Assembly (NCBI GenBank): GCA_964395275.1
Contig: CAYNBQ010000007.1
Span: forward strand, 1-62,141
DNA: 62,141 nt
Direction of reading: 5' to 3'
From: an uncultured Verrucomicrobiota bacterium
Lineage (GTDB): Bacteria; Verrucomicrobiota; CALLYA01; CAYNBQ01
The notes under the pieces: model-generated
Database searches by the model: none
What the model was told of the DNA's origin: nothing
The model's input: only the letters and a program-made list of their open reading frames with translations
In this document: positions 54,470 through 62,141 of the stretch, one piece after another
Layout of the letters: each line of letters starts with the position of its first letter
Numbering within the stretch: the first letter of the stretch is position 1
Made by a program: the position numbers and the translations under genes

Positions 54470-56248
54470 TCAATCGTCGCTCTTCTCGGCGCATCCGGCG
54501 AGGATGCGGACCCTGACGATCCCCCGCACGGAGTTCATCAGGTAGACCGCCGGCAGCCGCAGGGCCTCTTCGACCCGGACGATCCGCTCGCGCAGGCGGC
54601 CCCGGTCGAGCAGATGCGCCCGGCAGGTGCCCGGAAGCAGGCCGCACGAGACGGGGGGCGTCCAGAGGCGGCCGCCGATTTCGAAGGCCACGTTGGCCGA
54701 GGGGGTTTCCGTGATTTCCCCCCGTTCGTTGAACAGCAGGACGTCTCCGCCCGGGCGGGATCGAAGGGCTTCCTCGTAGACGCGGCGTTCGGTCGTCTTG
54801 TGGTAGAGAAAGACGTTGCCGGAATCCACGGGCGCGCCGGCGAGGCGCACGTCGCCGAACGATCGGGAGGCCCGGGCGATCCGCTCCTGCTCGACCTTGA
54901 ACGAACCCTTTCGCGCGACGAGAAGCCGGACGCGGTGCGGAACCTTCGGCAGACCCCGGGCGAGATCTTCCAGGCCGGCCCGGATCCGGGCGGGATCCAG
55001 GTCGAACCCGAAATAGGCGGCCGAGGCCGCCAGCCGTTCGAGATGCCGCTCGAGCAGGACGTAGCCCGATTCCGGCGTCCACAGCATTGTTTCCAACAGG
55101 TCGAAGTCCCGCCGGGCGGGCCGCAGGATCCGCGCCTTGGAGGCGCACTCTCGGAATTCGTCCGTCGGATCCGAGTCCCAGACGATCCCGCCCCCGACCC
55201 CGTACTCGGCGCGTCCGGAGGCCCGGTCCGCCAGGATCGTGCGGATCGCCACGTTGAACTGCGCCTTGCATCCCGGCGCCATGTATCCGATCGCGCCCGT
55301 GTAGATCCGCCGGGGCGAGGTCTCCAGTTCGGCGATGATCTCCAGGGTGCGGCGTTTCGGCGCGCCGGTGACGGATGCCGGAGGGAAAAGGGCCGCGAAG
55401 ATGCGGTCGATGGAGGCGTCGGTCCGCGCGCGAACCGTCGAGGTCATCTGCCAGACGTTCGCGTACTTCTCCAGGGCGAAGAGCGAGGGGACATGAACGC
55501 TGCCGCACGCCGCGATCCGGCCGAGGTCATTCCGGACCATGTCCACGATCATCACGTTCTCCGCGCGGTTCTTCTCCGAGGATCGGAGTTCCGCCGCCTT
55601 TCGCAGATCGTCCGCGGACCAGAGACCGCGCGGCGCCGTTCCCTTCATCGGGCGGGATTCGATCTCGCCGCCGTTCAACCGGAAGAAGAGCTCCGGCGAG
55701 GCGCTGCAGATCGCCCATCGCCCCGTGTCGACGAAGGCGGCGCAGGGCGGCGGCGCGCCCGCCGTGATCCGCAGGAACAGCGCCCAGGGATCCGCCGCCG
55801 TTTCCGCGCGGAGACGGTAGGTGAAGTTCACCTGGTAGGTCTCGCCGTCGCGTATGAACCGCCGGATCGCCTCCAGGCGCGCGGCGTACTCCCCGGCGCT
55901 CAGCGACGGAACCCAGGAGCCGGGCGGATCTGCCTGCGGCCCGCACGGGAGGCGGTCGATCCGCCGCACCTCTTCGTAAAGGCCGAACCAGAGAAGGGGA
56001 AACCCGCCGTCCTTCCTGCAGGGGAAGGATGCATCGAACGCGGGCGCGGCTTCGTACGCTACGAATCCGGCGGCATGCATCCCCTCCTTCCGGACGGCCC
56101 GGTCCGCCTCGCGGAGCAGGGGGAGCACCTCCGGGGTTCTGCAGGTGGTCAGAATGCGGCGGGGACATTCGAAATGCAGCCAGTCGCCGTCCGTTTCCTC
56201 CCGGAGGACGACCCGGCCGGCGGATGAAATCGGCCCGGAATCCATCAC
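54470..56248 (-). CDS. pabB: Fused aminodeoxychorismate synthase component I and aminodeoxychorismate lyase (PabB-PabC)
   Basis: Chorismate-binding blocks are SPELFFRL, RPMKGTAPRG, NVMIVDMVRNDLGR and VTGAPKRRTLEII. The C-terminal ~270 aa has a class-IV aminotransferase pattern (FLYHKTT.R..YE, LLFNERGEITE..SANV, LPGT.R). Confidence 0.85.
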   Translation of the reverse strand: MMDSGPISSAGRVVLREETDGDWLHFECPRRILTTCRTPEVLPLLREADRAVRKEGMHAAGFVAYEAAPAFDASFPCRKDGGFPLLWFGLYEEVRRIDRLPCGPQADPPGSWVPSLSAGEYAARLEAIRRFIRDGETYQVNFTYRLRAETAADPWALFLRITAGAPPPCAAFVDTGRWAICSASPELFFRLNGGEIESRPMKGTAPRGLWSADDLRKAAELRSSEKNRAENVMIVDMVRNDLGRIAACGSVHVPSLFALEKYANVWQMTSTVRARTDASIDRIFAALFPPASVTGAPKRRTLEIIAELETSPRRIYTGAIGYMAPGCKAQFNVAIRTILADRASGRAEYGVGGGIVWDSDPTDEFRECASKARILRPARRDFDLLETMLWTPESGYVLLERHLERLAASAAYFGFDLDPARIRAGLEDLARGLPKVPHRVRLLVARKGSFKVEQERIARASRSFGDVRLAGAPVDSGNVFLYHKTTERRVYEEALRSRPGGDVLLFNERGEITETPSANVAFEIGGRLWTPPVSCGLLPGTCRAHLLDRGRLRERIVRVEEALRLPAVYLMNSVRGIVRVRILAGCAEKSDD

Positions 56249-56278
56249 GATCCGCGTGCGGGAACCCGGCCTTCCCGC

Positions 56279-57826
56279 TCAATCGGGAGCGGGAACGCCG
56301 GCGGCGAGCGCCGACACGTCCCGCAGGGTTGTCCGGGAGATCTCCCAGGTCCCCAGGCGCAGGCCCGGGGGACCCGTCCGGAAGGTCAGGATCGGCGAGG
56401 CGTGCGGCGCATAGCCCTCGGCCGTGGCCCACGCCCGGAAATAGTAGGTCGTTTCCGGGGCAAGCCCGTTCAGAAGGACGTCGTGCGCCTCCGTCCCGCT
56501 TTCGCCCCATTCTTCCATCCCGAGGGAAGGGGTTTCCCCGTATTCGACCCGGCCGGTCGACGGGAAACGGGCGTCCCAGACGATCCGCGCCCGTTCGCCC
56601 GTGACGTCCCGCGCCTCCACTTCCCAGGGGCCGCTGACCACCTGTACCGGACCGACGTAGGCGTCGCCACGGCCCTGGGCGATGGAACGGAAGACGACCC
56701 GGTATTCCTTCATCGCGGTCCAGTGGAAGGGGTCATGGATCCTCACCTCGTGGTTCGTCGACGCTTCGGCCGACAGGTGTACGAATTCCCCGTTGTGCCA
56801 TCGCGGCAGCAGATACCAGATCGTCGACCGCGTCGGGGTGTCGGTCGACCAGCGGGCCGTGACATCCGCATCCGTCGGCGAGACTTCCACGTACAGATCG
56901 GACATCTCCACGACGTCGTTCGCGAAGGAGTTGCGACAGGTCCCGCGGCTCGTGCAGGCCTCGAAGGCCCGGTTCTCGTTCGGACCCAGTTCGAGGCTGA
57001 AGACCTCCGCAGAGGGCAACCATTCCGGGTAGAAATACCAGCACGAGGCATACACCTGCCGGTTCGACGGGTTGGCGTTCCAGTTCGCGATCTCGTTGTA
57101 GATTTGCAGCATGTCCCCGTAGGCGTTCTCGTTGGTGCCGATCACCCATCCGAATTCCGTGATGTACACCCCCACGCCCGGCCGCGCGTTCAGCTCGTCG
57201 AGCAACGCGCAGACGTCGAACGGAACCCCGTTGCGATGCACCGCCACGCCGTCGTAGCCGTCGGGACCGAGGGCCTCCAGCGTGCTGCGCAGGTTCTGGA
57301 TGCTGGTGTAGGCGCCGATGATCACCACCGCGTCGGGGTTGACCTCCTTGATCGCCTGGCGCACGAGCCGGAAACATTCCGTGTATTCCGCGGCGCTGAT
57401 CGGGCCGCAGAGTTCCATCTCGTTGCCGATGACGAAGTGCCGGCAATAGTTCCGCAGCGGCGCCGCCCAGTTGTCGGCGCATTGTTGCGCGAAAACCGGG
57501 TAGTCGGCCGGGTCCACCGGGATCGTCCCGCGGTCGCAGTCGAATCCCCAGTCCAGCCGTTGAAGAATGGTGAATCCCTCGGCCAGCGCGGGCGCGTACC
57601 GGCCTCCGATGTTCGGATACCCGTCCGATGCGTTGGCTTCCACGACCCAGCCGGGGTACCCGCTCATCACGTCCAGGTCGGCGCCCCAATCCCAGAAATG
57701 GATGCCGAACACGTGGGGCGACTCGGCCCGCGCCGCCTGGGCGACGAGCCCGAGGGACAGGATCAGGCACAGGATCCGGCCGCCTCGAAGGGCTTTCCCG
57801 CCGGAAGACGCATTCTGTCCGATCAT
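56279..57826 (-). CDS. Secreted clan GH-A glycoside hydrolase-like protein with C-terminal Fn3/PAP-N-like domains
   Basis: ORF 56279..58141 trimmed to ATG 57826. Signal peptide RILCLILSLGLVAQAARA. FVIGNEMEL resembles an acid/base motif and VYITEFGW resembles a nucleophile motif. The C-terminal ARIVWDA...GRVEYGETP...LNGLAPETTYYFR is Fn3-like. Confidence 0.6.
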   Translation of the reverse strand: MIGQNASSGGKALRGGRILCLILSLGLVAQAARAESPHVFGIHFWDWGADLDVMSGYPGWVVEANASDGYPNIGGRYAPALAEGFTILQRLDWGFDCDRGTIPVDPADYPVFAQQCADNWAAPLRNYCRHFVIGNEMELCGPISAAEYTECFRLVRQAIKEVNPDAVVIIGAYTSIQNLRSTLEALGPDGYDGVAVHRNGVPFDVCALLDELNARPGVGVYITEFGWVIGTNENAYGDMLQIYNEIANWNANPSNRQVYASCWYFYPEWLPSAEVFSLELGPNENRAFEACTSRGTCRNSFANDVVEMSDLYVEVSPTDADVTARWSTDTPTRSTIWYLLPRWHNGEFVHLSAEASTNHEVRIHDPFHWTAMKEYRVVFRSIAQGRGDAYVGPVQVVSGPWEVEARDVTGERARIVWDARFPSTGRVEYGETPSLGMEEWGESGTEAHDVLLNGLAPETTYYFRAWATAEGYAPHASPILTFRTGPPGLRLGTWEISRTTLRDVSALAAGVPAPD

Positions 57827-57969
57827 GGGATCGCTTTTCCTCTTCGCCTTGCCGCCGGCACGATCGCCCCCTTCCGGCGGGGTCGATACCACGTCTTGCC
57901 GCCGCGGTCGATCGCCGGAACCGGAGGCACAGGATATCAGGGGAAAGGCGTCCGGCGACAGGTCCATGT

Positions 57970-58142
57970 CGGCGGATCGGACGGACCGCCGGGCAAAAAA
58001 CGTGCGGGCCGGCGCCAAGGAGGGAGGGTGGGGAACCCATAGGAAAACGCCGGCCCGCTGCTTGCGGTGTGGGTTATGAGATCGTTCTATCTTTGCATCC
58101 GTCTCCGGTATCTCTGACAAGCGATCGGCGGAAACGTTCAAA
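57970..58142 (-). promoter_or_regulatory. Copy B of the same element, upstream of the clan-A GH gene; here the hairpin is followed by a T6 tract
   Basis: Minus strand reads TTGAACGTTTCCGCCGATCGCTTGTC ... CACACCGCAAGCAGCGGGCCGGCG-[33 nt]-CGCCGGCCCGCACGTTTTTTG ... CCGATCCGCCG. The hairpin arms are at 58004..58014 and 58048..58058. Confidence 0.6.
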
Positions 58143-58205
58143 GGGTTTGCCCGGGCCGGCCCCGGACGGGGGGAGTGGCGGGGAGTCCGGCGGGACGGGA
58201 GCGGG

Positions 58206-61200
58206 TCAGGGCCGCAGATCGAGATCGGCCTCTCCCCAGTCTTGCGCCATCAGAATGCCGATTCCCGCCCAGCCGATCACCCAGGACATGTATCCGAGCT
58301 GCGGCAGGATCAGGATCTGTCCCTTGCCCCATCGGCTCTCCGAGGTCCAGAAGCTCTCCGTCCCCAGGCCGCGGCCGAGGGTCCCGCCGGCGTCGCCGTC
58401 GAATCGCCCGAACTGCTGCACCAGGTATCGTCCCAGGTCCCGCGCACGGTCCGCGTAGATCGGATCACCGGTGGCCTCGTGCAGGATCCGATAGTCCCGA
58501 AGATTGAAAGCGCCGTAACAGACCGCGTGCACGTTCGACGCGCTGGCCGATTCGCATCCGAGCCCCGACCATCCCTGCCGGAAGAGGGGAGAACCGGCGT
58601 CGAGCGGCCACTCATGCGCGAACTGGAAGGAGAAACGCCAGGCCGCCGCCGTTCGGGCCAGGGCCAGCCATTCCGGGCGGGGATCCGCCAGATACAACTC
58701 GGCGTATGCCCGCAGGAACCACATCGGCACCTCGGAGTTCACCAGCGCTTCGATGTCGCCCGGACCGCCGTAGAGCCTTCCGCCCCGCAGATCCTCGGCA
58801 TACCGTCGCGCCGCCCGGATCGCCGACGCAAGATACTCGCTGCGGCCCGTCGTCCGCGCCCGATGCGCGAGACAGGCGATCGCCCCTGCCTCGACGTTGC
58901 TGCTCTCGTAGTCGGCGTCGTCGGAACCCATCGTCGGATGACGGTGCGGATACCGTCCATCCGGATGTTGGGCCGCGACCCATGCGGAACAACATCGGTC
59001 GATCGCCTTTTCCCAGTCGGGATGCTGGGTCCCGCGGGCCCGTTCCCATGCCAGGGCCGTCTGGAGCGAGTCCAGTGCGCACAGGATCACGTAGCCGGGT
59101 TCGGAGGATCCGAACGCCCATTTCTCCCCGTCCCAGGAGGCGAAGGGAAACCCGGGGCCCTCCAGGAAGGCCCGCGCGACGTTGTCGAGCACGGCCAGGC
59201 CCGCCCGACGCCAGTCCTCGCGATCCTTCCGCGCGCCGGCCTCGGCCAGCACGCAGGCGCCGTGGGCCATCCCCGTGAAACCGATCGGCGCCCAGGCGGC
59301 CTCGGGCCCGGTGCCGTAGGTGAGCACTCGCTTGCGGTCGTCGTAGAAACGGTCGTGCAACGCGTCCGCGATCAGGGTCAGTCCACGCTCGGGATCCATC
59401 TTCCAGGGCCGGCCGCGATGCGCGCCCGTCAATCGGTAGAGGGCACGCTGGAACCGATCCCAGCCGTTGAGATCCGTCGTCGCGGCCCCTCCGTAATAGA
59501 GCCGCCAGACCGCCGTCTCGCGGGCCTCGAACCGGCAGGCGAGCCGCAAGGGACCGTCCGAGAATCCGCCGTAACCGGTCGGCACCCTCGGTTCGTACCA
59601 GGTGGATGCGAACAGCCGCAGCGACACCGTCCCGTCCGCCGGAGCGCGGAAGCCCGCGGAGGTTTCCCCCAGTTCCGTGGAAGGGTCGGTGCCGATGCAT
59701 GCGGTCACGCCGGCCTCCGCATCCGCGGCGGCAGCCCAGACCAGCGGCAGACGCGAGGCCGCAAACGACCAGTGGTTCGCCGCGCCGCCCTCCTCGTGTT
59801 TGCAGCGCTCCGGACGTTCGATGTCTTCGGAAGGGCCCCACTTGGGACCGCCTCCGTGCGGCAGTCCCGGCGCATAGTTCCACCGGGCGAACGAACCCGG
59901 AACGAAGACCGTGCGCGGTCCGTCCCACGTCGGCGGGCCGACGACCGTGCGAACCTCGGTCTCGGGGATTCCTTCGAAATCCCTCGAACCCGTCCGGTAG
60001 CGCCGGGTTTCCTCGAACAGGAAAATCCCGTCGATGACGCGCGGCATCCAGAAGGACTCGATCTCGTATGCCGGTTCGGCGCCTGAATGACCGACCAGGT
60101 GCACGCCTCCGTCCACAAGAGACGCCTTGACGAGAACCGTCCGGCGCCGGGTCCCGTCGCGCGAGAGCATCCTGCCGAGCGCCTCGATCCGCATCAGGGT
60201 CTTTCCCCCGGCGGAGAGAACGAGATCGGGCGCGTCGGCGCCGCCCTCCGTCCTCGTTGCGGCACGGGTTTCCAGCCGCAGATCCCCGCATCGGACCGCC
60301 AGACAGTCCGGTCCGCTCTCGATTCTCGGCGCGAACCGGGCCGGCCGGAGTTCCTCTTCGCCCGCGACGAACGTCGAGGGACCCGGTTCCCTGCGCAGCA
60401 GGGTCCGGGCATGTTCCAGGTCCGCGGGACCGCAGAAGGGCGTCGGGATCCATCGCAGGCGACAGCGGAACCGCGATCCCGGCGGGGGACGACGAAGCCC
60501 GACGGCGATGCCGACGCGTTCGTTCGTCGGTTCCACGGAGAAAACGTCGGGATTCGCCGTTTCGCCGTCGGGTTCCACGGTCAGAACATACCCGGCCTGG
60601 CTCGACAGAACGTATCCCGGGAAGGACAGGGGGCCGTCGGCCCGGACCGGGCCGGAAGCGCCGGCCGGATCGACGATTTCCCCGCGCGGCGAAACCACGT
60701 ATCCGAGCGAACGGGGATGCTCGATTCTCCAGGGCGCGAAGACGATCGGTTCCGTCGATCCGATTTCGACCTCGACGTCGATCCGGATTTCCGACGGCAG
60801 CAACTCCCATCGCGCCACGCAGGGACAGCCCGCGATTTCGCGTTCGATTTCCAGGATCGTTCTGCCCGGTCCCCGCGGACGCAGGCGAACCCGCGCCGGT
60901 TCGCTGCACGGCGTCCGCCATCCGTCCGGGGTGAGAAACGCCGGCCCCAGGCAGGACCCTTCCGCCAGCAGTTCCTCGCGGACCGCGCGGAGGAAGAGAC
61001 TGCGCACCTGGGCGTCTCCGTCGAGCGAGATTTCCCACGCCTGCGTGCGGATCCGGTGATGCGGCGGGGCCCAGCGCAGCAGGGGACGGGGCTCCGCACG
61101 GTCCGGTCCGCCGTAGTACAGGAAAAGGGGATCTCCGGGATCCGGACGGTGAAGCGGCGGCATCGAGACGGTGATCGACGCCCGGGCCAGGCTGCCGTCG

Positions 61201-61418
61201 GGATGGCGCAGGGCTTCCGCAAGGTTCGCCTCCCAGGCGACGTGATGCCGGGATGCGATCACCCATTCGCCCGGCGAGGAGGTCCGGCCTTCGCGGAAGG
61301 AAACCGTTCCCGTCCACAGGCCGCAACAGGCGTCGGACACCAGTCGGAGCGGCAGCCGATACGGCGACGCCGCATCGAACCATGTCGGAAGGGTGACGGG
61401 CGGGGGATGCTCGGCCAT
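58206..61418 (-). CDS. Large (1070 aa) cytoplasmic protein of unknown function; the C-terminal third is helical-repeat, possibly (alpha/alpha)6-barrel-like
   Basis: ORF 58206..61550 trimmed to ATG 61418 (GGAGGG RBS 10 nt upstream). No signal peptide and no motif I can assign to a named family. Confidence 0.6.
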   Translation of the reverse strand: MAEHPPPVTLPTWFDAASPYRLPLRLVSDACCGLWTGTVSFREGRTSSPGEWVIASRHHVAWEANLAEALRHPDGSLARASITVSMPPLHRPDPGDPLFLYYGGPDRAEPRPLLRWAPPHHRIRTQAWEISLDGDAQVRSLFLRAVREELLAEGSCLGPAFLTPDGWRTPCSEPARVRLRPRGPGRTILEIEREIAGCPCVARWELLPSEIRIDVEVEIGSTEPIVFAPWRIEHPRSLGYVVSPRGEIVDPAGASGPVRADGPLSFPGYVLSSQAGYVLTVEPDGETANPDVFSVEPTNERVGIAVGLRRPPPGSRFRCRLRWIPTPFCGPADLEHARTLLRREPGPSTFVAGEEELRPARFAPRIESGPDCLAVRCGDLRLETRAATRTEGGADAPDLVLSAGGKTLMRIEALGRMLSRDGTRRRTVLVKASLVDGGVHLVGHSGAEPAYEIESFWMPRVIDGIFLFEETRRYRTGSRDFEGIPETEVRTVVGPPTWDGPRTVFVPGSFARWNYAPGLPHGGGPKWGPSEDIERPERCKHEEGGAANHWSFAASRLPLVWAAAADAEAGVTACIGTDPSTELGETSAGFRAPADGTVSLRLFASTWYEPRVPTGYGGFSDGPLRLACRFEARETAVWRLYYGGAATTDLNGWDRFQRALYRLTGAHRGRPWKMDPERGLTLIADALHDRFYDDRKRVLTYGTGPEAAWAPIGFTGMAHGACVLAEAGARKDREDWRRAGLAVLDNVARAFLEGPGFPFASWDGEKWAFGSSEPGYVILCALDSLQTALAWERARGTQHPDWEKAIDRCCSAWVAAQHPDGRYPHRHPTMGSDDADYESSNVEAGAIACLAHRARTTGRSEYLASAIRAARRYAEDLRGGRLYGGPGDIEALVNSEVPMWFLRAYAELYLADPRPEWLALARTAAAWRFSFQFAHEWPLDAGSPLFRQGWSGLGCESASASNVHAVCYGAFNLRDYRILHEATGDPIYADRARDLGRYLVQQFGRFDGDAGGTLGRGLGTESFWTSESRWGKGQILILPQLGYMSWVIGWAGIGILMAQDWGEADLDLRP

Positions 61419-61594
61419 GGATGACGACCCTCCGTCGGCTCGGCCGAACCGGCCGGCGACCGTTTGCGCGATTCTGCCCCGGCCCCGATCATCCAAGGAA
61501 GCCCAATCGGATCGATCCGCCCCGGCCCGGTCTGGTTCTCTTCGTCGCAACCCCCTAGTATCCGGTCCCGGATTTCCGGAGACCCGGGAAGGTC

Positions 61595-62141
61595 ATGGTT
61601 CCGCAGGAAAACGATCGAGAACATCCGATGCCCGCCGATCGCCCGCCGGCGCATCCCGACGACCCCCGTCCCGCGCGGGACGGGGAGCGTCTTTCGGCGT
61701 TTTCCGCCGCCGTGTGGGGATCGGCGGAGAGGGAACGCTCCGGGATGGGACTCCCGCTGGCGGTCTCCGGCGCCCTGTTCGCCGCTCTCGCGGCGGCCTT
61801 CTGGAGATCGTGCGGCCGCATCGGCGTCCCGCCCGAGGTGCGGTTGCCCGTCGAAGGGCTCTTCCTGGCGACGGGACTGCTCATCGGATGCGGGATCGCC
61901 CTCCAGAAAGCCCTGACCGATGTCCGCCACGGGGACCGGAGAGAACTCGTCGAATCCCTGGCGACGGCCATGGTCCTCGCCGGCGGAGTCCTCGTCGTGC
62001 AGTCCTTCAACTGGTGGAGTTTCTATCGGAACGGCATGGCGGGGGGACGCGGGCCTTTCGCGCTCTTCTTCTACCTGCTCACCGGAGCTCACGCCCTGCA
62101 CGTCCTGGTCGGGTTCGTGCCGCTGGCGGTCGTGACCGAAC
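61595..62141 (+). CDS. Cytochrome c oxidase subunit III-like membrane protein (partial; 3' end outside the window)
   Basis: Absent from the ORF track because there is no stop in the window. My translation from ATG 61595 (GGAAGG RBS) ends with ...PFALFFYLLTGAHALHVLVGFVPLAVVTE. The FY..TG.H..HV..G block is typical of heme-copper oxidase subunit III. Confidence 0.6.
   Translation, partial: MVPQENDREHPMPADRPPAHPDDPRPARDGERLSAFSAAVWGSAERERSGMGLPLAVSGALFAALAAAFWRSCGRIGVPPEVRLPVEGLFLATGLLIGCGIALQKALTDVRHGDRRELVESLATAMVLAGGVLVVQSFNWWSFYRNGMAGGRGPFALFFYLLTGAHALHVLVGFVPLAVVTE

Noticed and set aside
1-62141. CRISPR arrays, tRNA/rRNA genes, reverse transcriptases/DGRs, and multi-gene defence systems with nuclease or ATPase components
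   Set aside because: I scanned the intergenic gaps; all are 444 nt or shorter. I saw no regularly spaced direct repeats and no cloverleaf-like or rRNA-like sequences. The predicted proteins show no RT, Cas, helicase-nuclease or STAND-ATPase motifs. The only addiction or defence-type module is the HigBA-like pair.

Overview
The window is a GC-rich (about two-thirds G+C by eye), densely coding bacterial chromosomal segment with about 43 protein genes. I saw no rRNA, tRNA, CRISPR array, transposase, integrase or phage genes. Because of the GC content, the ORF track contains many very long antisense shadow ORFs. Two real genes that run off the window edges (1..1802 minus, 61595..62141 plus) are absent from the track, and I found them by translating the sequence myself.

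Gene content, left to right:
- A glycan-related block: GH38 alpha-mannosidase, a BNR_4-like protein, a GT-C membrane glycosyltransferase with a discoidin domain, and a PEP-CTERM protein.
- A Nudix hydrolase and a TAXI-type TRAP transporter.
- A second PEP-CTERM protein with a clan-A glycoside hydrolase and a DUF3604/PHP-like protein.
- A ~14 kb heavy-metal resistance cluster: cusCBA-like RND system, three small metal-motif accessory genes, a His-rich CopB-type ATPase, and a convergent ZntA/CadA-type ATPase.
- Secreted proteins sharing a C-terminal module, a TlpA-like thioredoxin, a CaCA exchanger, and a secreted GH57 with a starch-binding module.
- ctaA, an alpha/beta hydrolase, a DUF697 protein, rsgA, and a sugar-phosphate isomerase.
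- A pdh/aco-type 2-oxoacid dehydrogenase operon, a HigBA-like toxin-antitoxin pair, and trmO.
- A minus-strand block: a 1070-aa orphan protein, a secreted GH, a fused pabB-pabC, and GH105.
- A partial cytochrome oxidase subunit III-like gene at the right edge.

PEP-CTERM tags and many secreted CAZymes suggest a PVC-superphylum-like or similar environmental bacterium, but that is only a guess.

Candidates most worth follow-up:
1. A duplicated ~165-nt non-coding element (ECF-like promoter motif, then a long-loop GC hairpin carrying an anti-Shine-Dalgarno) upstream of two secreted glycoside-hydrolase genes.
2. Uncharacterised metal-motif accessory genes embedded in the Cu/Zn cluster.
3. A C-terminal module shared by three secreted proteins.

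All family calls come from motif recognition by eye and recalled family signatures; no database search was possible.
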